This document shows positions 50,188 to 62,900 of a stretch of DNA of 62,950 nucleotides, piece after piece (the first letter of the stretch is position 1; each line of letters begins with the position of its first letter). Origin of the DNA: Patescibacteria group bacterium (GTDB lineage Bacteria > Patescibacteriota > Microgenomatia > UBA10105 > UBA927); contig JBBTUH010000001.1 in NCBI GenBank assembly GCA_038063875.1, forward strand, positions 1-62,950, written 5' to 3'. A program made the translations under genes and the position numbers. The notes below the pieces were generated by a model. The model had not been told where the DNA came from and made no database searches. It saw only the letters and a program-made list of their open reading frames with translations.

Positions 50188-52099
50188 CAGCTTTCGTCGC
50201 ATCTTTTATACAATCGCGATATGTGAGTGATTCATAGAGGATTTGTTCAGGTTTGACAGCATGGGACGCATCCTTCGCGCTACCTAGTGCAGTGAGTGCT
50301 TCGCTGCATCGACCGGTGACCGCATACGTGGCCCCAAGATACGTAAAAGCATCTGCCTTACTGCTATCGCCATCAAGTGCAATAGCTAACTGAAACTCAT
50401 GTATCGCAGCACGGTAGTCTGTTGCGCGCACCAATGTCTTCCCATAATTTATGTGCGCCCATGCGTAGACATCCAATACATCTGAGAGCATCAGATGTTT
50501 ATATCGTGAAAGAATACCAGATAACGGATTCGCATAGCTGTGAAAGAGTGTAGTATTTGTATTTTTTAACTCCTCAAACGGTGTGAGATTGTCAGCCGAT
50601 ACAATTTCATACAGCAACCCATGAGGAACAAAAACCCATCCACTTCCAAGCGATACGGTATTATTTGAAAAAATACGATGTGTAGAAATATTCGCTTTCA
50701 CAAACTCTCCTAACGACACGTGTGGTGTGGTCTCAGGCACTATGATTGTGGGGAATCTTTTTTTGACCACGTCTTGATAGTCTTTTACGGACATTCTCGA
50801 TGCGTGAAGTACGATCGTGTCAGGACGTACATTCATGCCATACCGCACGTACTGCGTGGTAAACAGGAGCGTATCTTGAGAAAGAAGAAGGATAGCGTCC
50901 TTTGGAACGCTCTCTAAAACATCTCGTCCTAACTGTTCAGCAGTTTGATCAATTCGTAAACCCGTAAACCGATAGAGTGTCACAGACGCCATGGTGACAG
51001 GGTACAAAAACAAAACGATCGAAAAGAATGAAACAATGAGGGTCTTTTTTGACCTCGTAAGATAATCATATCCAATACCGATAAGGATAGCATACAGACA
51101 ATACGAAGGCAGTAAAAACCGTTCATACGTGCCTAAAGTAAATCTCCCAACGATTGGGAAACTTGCATAGAAAAAAAAGAACGGACCAAGAATAAAAAGC
51201 AGTAAGCCTACTGCTTTGGCAAACACGCGATCCCTCTGCCACAAACGCCACAGTCCTATGACAGATAACACGATACCCACACTTTTGAAATCAAGAGAGA
51301 CAAACGAAACATATGCCTTTATCGCCACGAATCGCTCAAAAAGCGTATGTCCAATCACCCCGCCCGATACAAAGGATCCATAGTCTGCCCGTGTGACAAG
51401 GTGTATAAATCTCGCCCACGTTGTGGGTGTATCCCAATTGATAATTGCATTGGTAGACCCTGCAATAGGCGCATATATGTATGGTAAAAGTCCAAAGATG
51501 AAAAATATGACAATTGTACCAACCTCACGCACACCAAACTTTTTTGGGAATCCGACTCGTACCACGTAATACATCAGTACAGGCAGCATAAAGAGAATCA
51601 CATGATGATGGGTCAGCGCTAACCCAAAGGTCAACGCCATGAAAGAGAGCATGCCTAACGAACGAACTGCGTTGTACTGGATACATTCAAGTAACAAAAG
51701 CACGAAAAAAAGATCAAACAATGCAAACACCTCTGGTGTCACCGAATACAAGAAAAAAAGATAATTACCAAGCAGCACCAGACACGCAAACACTCCAGCT
51801 ACTCGGCTTTTGGTTAATCGGTACACGATGACAAACACCAATGCGATGGTTACAGCATGAGGCAGAGACGACAAGAGTGTCACGCGCCATGAAGGCGTGT
51901 ACACTGGCACCAGCGAAAAAAGATATCCCAAAAATGTATACAGAGGGTAACCGGGAGGATGGGGGACACCGTGAACAACTGCTGCGGTGACTACGTCACC
52001 ACTGTCTCCTGTGAATATCCCAAGGGCTTGAAAGAAAAGAAATATAACAAACGATGCTATGCCTATAAATAATGCCATTACTGGATGCAGAAGTAACAT
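50123..52099 (-). CDS. DUF2723/PMT-like GT-C glycosyltransferase with C-terminal TPR repeats
   Basis: GDSGDVVTAAVVHGVPHPPGYPLYTFLGY matches the DUF2723 (TMEM260-like O-mannosyltransferase) N-terminal signature. Many TM helices and a TPR-like C-terminus. An alternative start at 52078 overlaps the pilin stop as TAATG. Confidence 0.65.
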   Translation of the reverse strand: MLLLHPVMALFIGIASFVIFLFFQALGIFTGDSGDVVTAAVVHGVPHPPGYPLYTFLGYLFSLVPVYTPSWRVTLLSSLPHAVTIALVFVIVYRLTKSRVAGVFACLVLLGNYLFFLYSVTPEVFALFDLFFVLLLLECIQYNAVRSLGMLSFMALTFGLALTHHHVILFMLPVLMYYVVRVGFPKKFGVREVGTIVIFFIFGLLPYIYAPIAGSTNAIINWDTPTTWARFIHLVTRADYGSFVSGGVIGHTLFERFVAIKAYVSFVSLDFKSVGIVLSVIGLWRLWQRDRVFAKAVGLLLFILGPFFFFYASFPIVGRFTLGTYERFLLPSYCLYAILIGIGYDYLTRSKKTLIVSFFSIVLFLYPVTMASVTLYRFTGLRIDQTAEQLGRDVLESVPKDAILLLSQDTLLFTTQYVRYGMNVRPDTIVLHASRMSVKDYQDVVKKRFPTIIVPETTPHVSLGEFVKANISTHRIFSNNTVSLGSGWVFVPHGLLYEIVSADNLTPFEELKNTNTTLFHSYANPLSGILSRYKHLMLSDVLDVYAWAHINYGKTLVRATDYRAAIHEFQLAIALDGDSSKADAFTYLGATYAVTGRCSEALTALGSAKDASHAVKPEQILYESLTYRDCIKDATKAATLFSEYEILQSKSETLLQSL

Positions 52100-52584
52100 T
52101 CAGTGCCGCTTGTTCCTGATGTCTGTGATTTACACGTCACGGCAGACGTCGCACCACCTGATCCATAAATCGTGTTCAAGTCTTCCTGAAATGATTTACT
52201 TTCAGGCTTGAAACAGACAGATAAATTTTCGGCAGACGTCGAGTTGACGTATAACTTGCCAAGATTTCCCGTTCCTGCAAGATCTGGAAACCTGTTTTTC
52301 AATTCTCCTACCGTCATAAGCTCTGTAAGAGACGAGCCAAACCCTGGCCACACAGCACCCTCAATCGGTGCCGTTCCCCATGGAAATTGAGCCTTGGTGG
52401 AATAAAATCGAAGATTCGCGTTATAAAATTCAGACGTGGTGTTGCGAAGCGATGTGTCACGTCCCTTTTTCAATTGTTCAAACGGGTCAATGGTAGCAAG
52501 AAGTCCGACAGCCAGCGCTCCCAAAAGTGCGATGACGATAAGTAATTCTATAAGTGTAAAACCTTGGGCAGATGTATGTTTCAT
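52078..52584 (-). CDS. type IV (major) pilin
   Basis: MKHTSAQG|FTLIELLIVIALLGALAVGLLA. 168 aa with C-terminal Cys residues. It lies immediately downstream of pilC. Confidence 0.85.
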   Translation of the reverse strand: MKHTSAQGFTLIELLIVIALLGALAVGLLATIDPFEQLKKGRDTSLRNTTSEFYNANLRFYSTKAQFPWGTAPIEGAVWPGFGSSLTELMTVGELKNRFPDLAGTGNLGKLYVNSTSAENLSVCFKPESKSFQEDLNTIYGSGGATSAVTCKSQTSGTSGTECYFCIQ

Positions 52585-52613
52585 AAATAATTACCTCTTA
52601 TGTATGTGTATCA

Positions 52614-53828
52614 TTATTTAAATTGACTTGTCAAGTTGTAAATAGGAGTAATAACCGATATAACAATGAATCCGACCCCAACTCCCAAAACAACCATAAT
52701 GATCGGCTCTATAGCAGTCGTTAAGCCTTTTACTAAATTCTCTGACTCGGATTCGAAGTATTTAGAGAGCTTTAAGAGTGTGTCATCAAGCTTCCCTGTC
52801 TCCTCTCCCACACGTATCATTTGCGAAACTATGGGGGGAAATACTTTGTATCCAGAAAATGTTTCTCCCAAAGGCGCACCACGTTCTACTTTCTTGGAAA
52901 TGTCTGTTATGGCATCACGAAACAATTTATTTCCCAACGCATTTTTGAGAATCTGTAACGCATCCAGAAGCCGAATACCGGACGTAATAAGCATCGCAAG
53001 CGTCCGTGTGAATTCAACCAATATGATTTTCTTTTGCAGCTCACCAAAGAGCGGAATTTTTAAGATGATGGTATCGACGATTTGCTCGCCCGTAGGTGTT
53101 TTACGCCATTTTTTAAATGCTGCGATTGAGCCTACGACCCCAAAAATAATAAGCCACCAAAATTTCACAAAAAATCCTGACGTACTCATGAGAATTTGCG
53201 TAGATATCGGAAGCTCAACCCCAAAATCTTTATAAAGTTCCGTAAGCTTCGGGACGACGACCGTCATCATAACCATGATGACGATGCCCATACCAATCAA
53301 AATGATGACAGGGTAAATCATCGCGCCCGTTACTTTACTACGAAAATCTCGTTGCCCTTCCATTGTGTCCGCCAGACGATTAAACACTTTATCCAGCTGC
53401 CCTGACGACTCACCCGCCCTCACGAGGGCAATATAGATGGGGGAGAAATGTTGCGGATATTTGACAAGAGAATCACCTAAATTACCACCGCTGACGATTT
53501 GATGTTCGATATCTGTAAGAACAGTCTCAAGTGTTTTGTTCGTAGTCTGCGATTTTAAAATAGACAACGACTCAGGAAGCGACAACCCTGCAACGATCAT
53601 TGTCGCTAATTGTCGTGTGAAATTGACTATTTCATTAAACGGCACGCGTTGAAAAAAATTTTCTGAACGCCCACCCCCCGTGCTATTTCCTTTTGACTGC
53701 GTAACAGAGATAATAAAAAGTTCTTTATCATGCAGTAATTTCGTCGCAGCTTGCGCGCTCGGTGCCTCTACCAAGCCCGTAATCGTTTTTCCATTGAGTT
53801 CTCGACCTTTGTAGGTATAAAACGGCAT
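52614..53828 (-). CDS. pilC: type IV pilus platform protein PilC (GspF family)
   Basis: Two GspF repeats, each with TM helices; 404 aa. Confidence 0.9.
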   Translation of the reverse strand: MPFYTYKGRELNGKTITGLVEAPSAQAATKLLHDKELFIISVTQSKGNSTGGGRSENFFQRVPFNEIVNFTRQLATMIVAGLSLPESLSILKSQTTNKTLETVLTDIEHQIVSGGNLGDSLVKYPQHFSPIYIALVRAGESSGQLDKVFNRLADTMEGQRDFRSKVTGAMIYPVIILIGMGIVIMVMMTVVVPKLTELYKDFGVELPISTQILMSTSGFFVKFWWLIIFGVVGSIAAFKKWRKTPTGEQIVDTIILKIPLFGELQKKIILVEFTRTLAMLITSGIRLLDALQILKNALGNKLFRDAITDISKKVERGAPLGETFSGYKVFPPIVSQMIRVGEETGKLDDTLLKLSKYFESESENLVKGLTTAIEPIIMVVLGVGVGFIVISVITPIYNLTSQFK

Positions 53829-53834
53829 AGCGCG

Positions 53835-54893
53835 TTAGACTGTTCCTTTCAAAAGACGGGATAGCTCTTCAGGTCGAAGGGCATACGACATCGCCACATC
53901 TTGGCTGATGATTCTAGCCTTCACATGATTTGAGAGTGCACCCTCTAAAGAAAGCATACCAAACTCTGAAGATGTCTGAATCACGTTGTCTATCTGATGA
54001 GACTTTCCCTCACGAATAAGGGTCCGTATGGCTGGAGTTCCTGTAAGTATTTCTGCCACAGGTACTCGAGGAACTGTCATGGCAGGTACCAATCGCATAG
54101 AAATTATTCCTTCAAGAACATTGGATAACTGGAGACGAACTTGTGTTTGTTGATTTTCTGGAAATACATCGACGATACGATCAATCGTCTGTGCGGCAGA
54201 ATTAGTATGCAGTGTAGCAAATACCAAGTGCCCTGTTTCAGCAATCGTTAAAGCTGCCTGTATAGTCTCAAAATCACGCATCTCACCAACCAACACCACA
54301 TCAGGATCCTCTCGAAGCACACTACGAAGCGCCATGTTCCACGAATGCGTATCAGCGTGCATCTCTCGCTGGGAGACGATAGAGAGAGACGGCGCATACA
54401 CATACTCAATAGGGTCTTCGATGGTGATGATATGCATACCTTTCGTTTGATTTATCACGTTTATCATCGACGAGAGTGTTGTTGATTTCCCGTGTCCTGT
54501 GGGACCTGTGACCAGAATCAGGCCCTGCCTAAGTTTTACAAAATCATTGCAAATAGATGGAAGTCCAAGTTCATCGATAGATTTTATAACAGAGGGGATC
54601 AATCGAAACGCACCTGCGAGAGTATTTTTCTGCGTATACGCATTAACACGAAATCGACCCGCTGTTGTAGCCAATGAGAAATCTAGTTCTTTATTCGTCT
54701 CAAGAATTTCTTTTTGTTCAAGATTAAGTGTGCTGACGATTAAGCTTCTGGTATCAGCATCTTTTAATATCTGCCCACCATCTATAGGCATCAAAATCCC
54801 TGCGACGCGAAGAATCGGCGGAAATCCCACAATAAGATGAAGATCTGATGCCTCTTTTCGTGCTGCTTCCGAAAACATGAGTTGTATATCCAT
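53835..54893 (-). CDS. pilT: twitching-motility retraction ATPase PilT
   Basis: ASDLHL N-terminus, Walker A GPTGHGKST, EDPIE (Asp box), Walker B VLVGEMRD and the His box ATLHTNSA. Confidence 0.9.
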   Translation of the reverse strand: MDIQLMFSEAARKEASDLHLIVGFPPILRVAGILMPIDGGQILKDADTRSLIVSTLNLEQKEILETNKELDFSLATTAGRFRVNAYTQKNTLAGAFRLIPSVIKSIDELGLPSICNDFVKLRQGLILVTGPTGHGKSTTLSSMINVINQTKGMHIITIEDPIEYVYAPSLSIVSQREMHADTHSWNMALRSVLREDPDVVLVGEMRDFETIQAALTIAETGHLVFATLHTNSAAQTIDRIVDVFPENQQTQVRLQLSNVLEGIISMRLVPAMTVPRVPVAEILTGTPAIRTLIREGKSHQIDNVIQTSSEFGMLSLEGALSNHVKARIISQDVAMSYALRPEELSRLLKGTV

Positions 54894-54902
54894 AGGTATA
54901 GT

Positions 54903-56621
54903 TTAGTCCTGTGCCACACGGAGCACTTCTTCAATGGTTGTAACGCCTTCAAGCGCTTTCAAATATCCATCTTGTTTCATGGTGATCATACCTTCTTCTA
55001 TCGCCTTATTCTCAATGTCTTTCATAGGAGACCGTGAAAGCATCATTTTACTAATCGCATCCGTCACTGGAAATACTTCGTAAATACCCATACGACCAAA
55101 GTACCCTGTACCACTACAGGTTTCACACACGCCGCCATTGAGCTCTCCTTTCCCATGATAGAGTTTCATAGGCTTATCCGCTGACCACAATGAGCCTACA
55201 ATCTTTTTAAGATCCTCCAAGACTTGCGTTTCCGGTGTGTATTCTTCCATGCATTTTGGGCATACGCGCCGAGCGATACGTTGACCAACAACCGCGGTCA
55301 GTGCTGATGCCAGAAGAAACGGCTCAGCACCAAGATCAATAAGACGCGGTATGGCACCTGCGGCATTATTCGTATGAAGGGTAGAGAACACTAAATGACC
55401 GGTGAGTGCCGCTTGGACAGCCAACTCTGATGTTTCTTTATCACGAATTTCTCCGACAAGTATGATGTTTGGATCTTGGCGCAAAAATGCACGAAGCCCA
55501 TTTGCAAAGGTAAGTCCTGCTTGTGGGTTGACTTGTACCTGATTGACACCCGAGATTTGATATTCGACAGGATCTTCTAGCGTTGAAATATTTACTTTTG
55601 CGTTATTGAGAATTGCTAAAACAGAATACAGTGTCGTCGTTTTACCTGAGCCAGTAGGACCAGTGACCAAAATAATGCCATGTGGTCGACGTATGCCTGT
55701 TTCAAGATTTTTCAGTGCCGTACCACGAAGCCCTAATTCACCAAGTGTTGGGATACCGCCGGATTTCTTGAGAAGACGCATGACGATTTTTTCGCCATGT
55801 ACTGTGGGAAGACTCGAGACACGAAGATCCACCTCTTGTTCTCCCATTTTGAAATTGAATCGACCATCTTGCGGCACGCGCTTCTCGTCAATCTTCATAT
55901 CTCCCAAGATTTTTATACGAGAGATTACTGCTTCATGAAGCTTTCGAGGAAGCATCAATCGTTCTTGTAAAATACCATCTACACGATATCGCACACGTGT
56001 ATCCCCAGGTTGTGGCTCTATATGCACGTCTGACGCGCGTATACGGATCGATTGCTCTAAGATAGCCGATACTATTTGTGCAATGGGTGCTTCACGGATG
56101 ACCTCACCCAAATGACCCGCCTCGTATGTTTTAATCGTTGATGTACTGTTTTCCTCAAGCGCTGCGGTAACATCTGCTCCTAAATTTTGCGTATAGAGAT
56201 CATCAATGGATGAGAGGATATCGTCTTTAAATGCCATAAAGGGTTTAACAGAATGTGCTGACTTTTTTTCCAAAAATTCTATAACTTGAAAATCGAGAGG
56301 ATCAAGCATCGCAACAGAGAGTGTTCCACCCTTCGAATCCAACTCAAACGGCACGAGTGTATAGCGACGCGACACAGGTTCGGGAATAAGAGAGATAACG
56401 TCAGGGGATATTGGACGACCAGTAAGTGAGATAAATGGAATACCAAGAGACTCAGCTCTCGCGCGAGAGACGTCTTCATCTGTTGCTAATTTCTTTCTCT
56501 TGATGATTGCGACTTCTGTGTCTCCACTATTTAAGGCCTCAGTGCGTATCTGTTCTGCGACCTCGGCAGTAATTTTTTGTGCGGAAACAAGTGCTGATAG
56601 TATATCTTGGGCAGTTGACAT
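54903..56621 (-). CDS. pilB: type IV pilus assembly ATPase PilB (GspE family)
   Basis: GSPII_E N-domain, Walker A GPTGSGKTT, EDPVE, ILVGEIRD, and a tetracysteine zinc motif CPKC...CETCSGTG. The ORF extends to 56663; the ATG at 56621 (MSTAQDIL) is preferred. Confidence 0.9.
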   Translation of the reverse strand: MSTAQDILSALVSAQKITAEVAEQIRTEALNSGDTEVAIIKRKKLATDEDVSRARAESLGIPFISLTGRPISPDVISLIPEPVSRRYTLVPFELDSKGGTLSVAMLDPLDFQVIEFLEKKSAHSVKPFMAFKDDILSSIDDLYTQNLGADVTAALEENSTSTIKTYEAGHLGEVIREAPIAQIVSAILEQSIRIRASDVHIEPQPGDTRVRYRVDGILQERLMLPRKLHEAVISRIKILGDMKIDEKRVPQDGRFNFKMGEQEVDLRVSSLPTVHGEKIVMRLLKKSGGIPTLGELGLRGTALKNLETGIRRPHGIILVTGPTGSGKTTTLYSVLAILNNAKVNISTLEDPVEYQISGVNQVQVNPQAGLTFANGLRAFLRQDPNIILVGEIRDKETSELAVQAALTGHLVFSTLHTNNAAGAIPRLIDLGAEPFLLASALTAVVGQRIARRVCPKCMEEYTPETQVLEDLKKIVGSLWSADKPMKLYHGKGELNGGVCETCSGTGYFGRMGIYEVFPVTDAISKMMLSRSPMKDIENKAIEEGMITMKQDGYLKALEGVTTIEEVLRVAQD

Positions 56622-56669
56622 AGTGCTACATCCATTATTGACACGTTTAGATGTATAATTCAACCACTA

Positions 56670-59257
<2,588 letters not shown>

Positions 59258-59278
59258 TTTAGAAAGAAAGGAATTCAT

Positions 59279-59800
59279 ATGAACCTATCAAAAATTAAAG
59301 CAGGAAAGAACGCACCAGAGGACGTCAATGTCATCATCGAAATCCCGCAGGGAGCTCGTGTCAAATACGAGATGAACAAAGACGCAGAAGTTATTATGGT
59401 CGACCGTTTTGTCCGAACGACCATGGGCTATCCTGCTAACTACGGTTTCGTACCCAATACACTCTCCGGTGATGGCGATCCGGTTGACGTTCTTGTGCTT
59501 TGCAGTGAGCCGTTGTATCCCGGCATCTTAGTCAACGTCGTTCCTATTGCACTTCTAGAGATGGAAGATGAGGCGGGTATTGATGCAAAAGTTATTGCTG
59601 TCCCGACCGAAAAATCTGATCCTCTATTTGGCGTATGGAAAGATGTAGGCGACATCCCAACACCAGTCAAGGAAAAAATCAAACATTTCTTTGAGCACTA
59701 CAAAGAATTAGAACCCGGCAAATGGGTGAAGATCAAGGATTGGAAAGACAAAAAAGCGGCACAAGCGGAAGTGACATCAGGAATTGCTGCGCACAAATAA
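59279..59800 (+). CDS. ppa: inorganic pyrophosphatase (family I)
   Basis: [22 protein letters not shown] and the expected size of 173 aa. Confidence 0.92.
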   Translation: MNLSKIKAGKNAPEDVNVIIEIPQGARVKYEMNKDAEVIMVDRFVRTTMGYPANYGFVPNTLSGDGDPVDVLVLCSEPLYPGILVNVVPIALLEMEDEAGIDAKVIAVPTEKSDPLFGVWKDVGDIPTPVKEKIKHFFEHYKELEPGKWVKIKDWKDKKAAQAEVTSGIAAHK

Positions 59801-59807
59801 TACCAAT

Positions 59808-62306
59808 ATGGCAGATATAGGCAAAGTAAAAGAATCAGATATCGTGGTAGAAATGCAAAAGTCGTACCTTGACTACGCGATGTCTGTCATCGTATCTCGG
59901 GCGCTGCCTGACGTACGAGATGGATTAAAACCCGTGCACAGAAGAATCCTCTACGCGATGCACCAGATGGGACTTCACCATACTTCAAAATATCGAAAAA
60001 GTGCGACAGTCGTCGGAGAAGTGTTAGGTAAATATCACCCACATGGAGACGCACCAGTCTACGAATCCATGGTTCGGTTAGCCCAAAATTTTTCTATCCG
60101 ATACCCACTCGTTGACGGTCAAGGAAACTTCGGATCTATAGACGGCGATCCACCTGCTGCCATGCGATATACAGAAGCCAGATCATCAGCCATTTCGGCA
60201 GAAATGCTTCTTGATATCGAAAAAGAAACTGTTGATTTCGAACCTAACTTTGATGGCACGATCAAAGAACCGATGTACTTACCGGCCAAGCTTCCAAACC
60301 TTCTTTTGATGGGATCCGAGGGTATTGCCGTGGGTATGGCGACCAAAATCCCTCCGCACAATTTAGGAGAGCTCGTTGATGCGATTGTCTTTTTAATCTC
60401 TAAAACAAAAGTGACGAATATAAAATCTGGTGAAGCACCGACGTTTGTCATGGATGCAACGGTTGAAGACCTCATGGAATTTGTCACTGGCCCAGATTTC
60501 CCGACAGCGGGCATGATCTATGACATCAATGAAATCAAAAGTGCCTATGCTACAGGCAAAGGCAAAATTGTCATCAGAGGCAAGGCCGAGATTGAAGAAA
60601 TGGGCAATGGCAGAAGCGCCATAGCGATTTCTGAACTTCCGTATCAAGTCAACAAAGCCAATCTCGTCGCACGCATCGCTGATCTTGTGAAAGACAAAAA
60701 AATCGAGGGTATCAGTGACCTTCGTGATGAATCAGATCGCAGAGGCATACGCGTCGTTGTCGAATTAAAGCGTGACGCTCAACTCAAACGTGTGTTGAAT
60801 AACCTGTTCAAGCAAACAGAATTACAAACATCATTTCCCGTAAACACGGTAGCGCTGGTTGATGGCACACCCAGAACACTGACACTTCGAGAAATTTTGG
60901 AAGAGTACCTCAAACACCGACACAGTGTCATTCGAAGGCGGAGTGAATTCGAGTTACGTGAAGCCAGAGCGCGAGAACATATTCTTGAGGGACTTAAAAT
61001 CGCTGTTGATCATATAGACGAAGTGATAGCCATCATCAAAAAAAGCAAAGATGCCGAAGAAGCCAAACAAAAATTAAAAACGAAATTTGGCTTATCGGAA
61101 CTGCAAGCAGTCGCAATCCTTGATATGCAACTTCGTAGATTAGCCGCTCTTGAAAGGCAAAAAATTGAAGATGAATTGGCTATGATTCGCGAGACCATCG
61201 CATATCTCTTGGATCTTTTAGGCCATCCAGAAAAAATATTGAAAGTCATCAAAGAAGAAATTCTCAAGCTCAAGGAAAAATTTGGTGATGCCAGAAGAAC
61301 CAAGGTATTTAAAAGCAAAGTCGGTGAATTTACCGACGAACAACTGATCCCCAACGAAGAAACCATCATCACCATGACCGAGACTGGCTACATCAAGCGC
61401 GTCCCACGATCGTCCTTTAAACTCCAAGAGCGAGGAGGCAAGGGTGTTATAGGCATGACGACCAAAGATGAAGATGCGATAGGCAAACTCGTCTCCGCAC
61501 AAACACATGACAACCTCTTGTTTTTTACGGATCGGGGTAAGGTGTATCAAGTACGGGTCTGGGATGTACCAGAAGGCAGTCGCCAATCCAAAGGTCAAGC
61601 AGTCGTTAATTTAATAAATACAGAAAGCACGGAAAAAGTTACCTCGATTCTTACCTACAGCTTGGATAAGAAAGAACAAAAAGAAAAAGGTATCGCGTAT
61701 ATCTTGATGGCGACCAAACGAGGAGTCGTCAAGAAAACAAAATTATCTGAATACGAAAATATCAGACGCAATGGACTCGTGTCTATCAAACTCGAGAGTG
61801 GTGATTCGCTCATATGGGCAAAACTCACAAGCGGTGATGACGACATCCTTCTTGTGTCTCACGAAGGCAAATCCATCCGGTTTGCAGAGTCCGAAGTGCG
61901 TCACACAGGCCGCGACACGATGGGTGTACGCGGGATACTTCTTAAGACGGGCGATTTCATCGTCGGCATGGACATGATTACCAAGAATAATAAAAAGGTA
62001 GACTTTCTCACCGTGATGGAGAAGGGGATTGGCAAAAAAACAAGTGTGACAGGGTTCCCCAAACAACGCCGCGGTGGACAAGGTGTGAAGGTGGCTGAGA
62101 TTAAAGAAAAGACAGGCAAAGTTGTGGTGTCTCAAATGGTATCAGAAAATGTAGAAGAAGTGATCCTCACCTCCATGAAAGGCCAAGTGGTCAAACTTCC
62201 TATCAAATCTGTGCCACAATTATCTCGCGCGACCTCAGGTGTTATTTTGATGCGCTTTGCAGACAAAGGTGATACCATCGCCGCCGCAACGTGTTTGACA
62301 AAGTAA
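59808..62306 (+). CDS. gyrA: DNA gyrase subunit A
   Basis: [30 protein letters not shown], the active-site region AAMRYTEAR, and a C-terminal beta-pinwheel. ORF 59784..62306 trimmed to the ATG at 59808. Confidence 0.95.
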   Translation: MADIGKVKESDIVVEMQKSYLDYAMSVIVSRALPDVRDGLKPVHRRILYAMHQMGLHHTSKYRKSATVVGEVLGKYHPHGDAPVYESMVRLAQNFSIRYPLVDGQGNFGSIDGDPPAAMRYTEARSSAISAEMLLDIEKETVDFEPNFDGTIKEPMYLPAKLPNLLLMGSEGIAVGMATKIPPHNLGELVDAIVFLISKTKVTNIKSGEAPTFVMDATVEDLMEFVTGPDFPTAGMIYDINEIKSAYATGKGKIVIRGKAEIEEMGNGRSAIAISELPYQVNKANLVARIADLVKDKKIEGISDLRDESDRRGIRVVVELKRDAQLKRVLNNLFKQTELQTSFPVNTVALVDGTPRTLTLREILEEYLKHRHSVIRRRSEFELREARAREHILEGLKIAVDHIDEVIAIIKKSKDAEEAKQKLKTKFGLSELQAVAILDMQLRRLAALERQKIEDELAMIRETIAYLLDLLGHPEKILKVIKEEILKLKEKFGDARRTKVFKSKVGEFTDEQLIPNEETIITMTETGYIKRVPRSSFKLQERGGKGVIGMTTKDEDAIGKLVSAQTHDNLLFFTDRGKVYQVRVWDVPEGSRQSKGQAVVNLINTESTEKVTSILTYSLDKKEQKEKGIAYILMATKRGVVKKTKLSEYENIRRNGLVSIKLESGDSLIWAKLTSGDDDILLVSHEGKSIRFAESEVRHTGRDTMGVRGILLKTGDFIVGMDMITKNNKKVDFLTVMEKGIGKKTSVTGFPKQRRGGQGVKVAEIKEKTGKVVVSQMVSENVEEVILTSMKGQVVKLPIKSVPQLSRATSGVILMRFADKGDTIAAATCLTK

Positions 62307-62411
62307 TCTATATGAAAATCTTTATTCGTGTAAATGGATTAGACTTGCTCGAACTCGCGGGAAGCCAGTAATCACATTTATACGAGGAATAAGAGGGTGA
62401 TACTCATAATT

Positions 62412-62437
62412 GTACCAGTGTATTAATACACCAGTAC
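62412..62437. repeat. 26-bp palindromic motif, site C (GTACCAGTGTATTAATACACCAGTAC)
   Basis: It lies 7 nt past the stop of the minus-strand TrpR-like gene. The arms are a hybrid of the site B and site D arm variants. Confidence 0.9.
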
Positions 62438-62444
62438 AAAGTAT

Positions 62445-62870
62445 TTATGAATGATCTGGGTTTGGCATGTGTCCGTACGCGCGTCTATACAGAGCTTTTA
62501 CAGAAAATGTTTCATACAAAGTTTTATCGAGCTTCTCTAGAAAATCTCTCCATTCTTCGTTTCTTTTTAATAAGCGTAAGACATTTTTATATCCTGTTCC
62601 TCTATGCGTTAACCAATAATTCACACCACTTACTGTCGAGACGCTTACCTTCATAATAGTATGAACATCGCGTTGATTTAATCCCTTGTCGAGAAGGTAG
62701 GCGATAGCAAGGCGTTTCCCGAGCATAATGCGCTCATTTGGAGTAAGAAGATCTTCTAATAAATCTTGCACATCAGTTTCAGATCGAAGCATTGCAAACG
62801 AGCGCAAGAAAAGAAGATTCATTTCTTCCTTCAATGCTTTGGACAATGGAAAGCGAGATACTTGTGTCAT
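62445..62870 (-). CDS. TrpR-family (YerC/YecD-like) DNA-binding protein
   Basis: LLTPNERIMLGKRLAIAYLLDKGLNQRDVHTIMKVSVSTVSGV matches the TrpR/YerC helix-turn-helix pattern (LLTP.E...L..R..I...L..G.s.r.I....g.S.aTIsR). Confidence 0.65.
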   Translation of the reverse strand: MTQVSRFPLSKALKEEMNLLFLRSFAMLRSETDVQDLLEDLLTPNERIMLGKRLAIAYLLDKGLNQRDVHTIMKVSVSTVSGVNYWLTHRGTGYKNVLRLLKRNEEWRDFLEKLDKTLYETFSVKALYRRAYGHMPNPDHS

Positions 62871-62874
62871 ATAT

Positions 62875-62900
62875 GTACCAGTGTATTAATACACTGGTAC
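62875..62900. repeat. 26-bp palindromic motif, site D (GTACCAGTGTATTAATACACTGGTAC, perfect)
   Basis: Perfect inverted repeat beginning 4 nt upstream of the start codon of the TrpR-like gene. Confidence 0.9.

Noticed and set aside
56638-56659. TTGACA and TATAAT hexamers between pilB and holB that look like a promoter.
   Set aside because: The spacer is only 10 nt, which is incompatible with sigma70-type recognition. The TATAAT alone might still drive a near-leaderless holB transcript, but this is unsupported.
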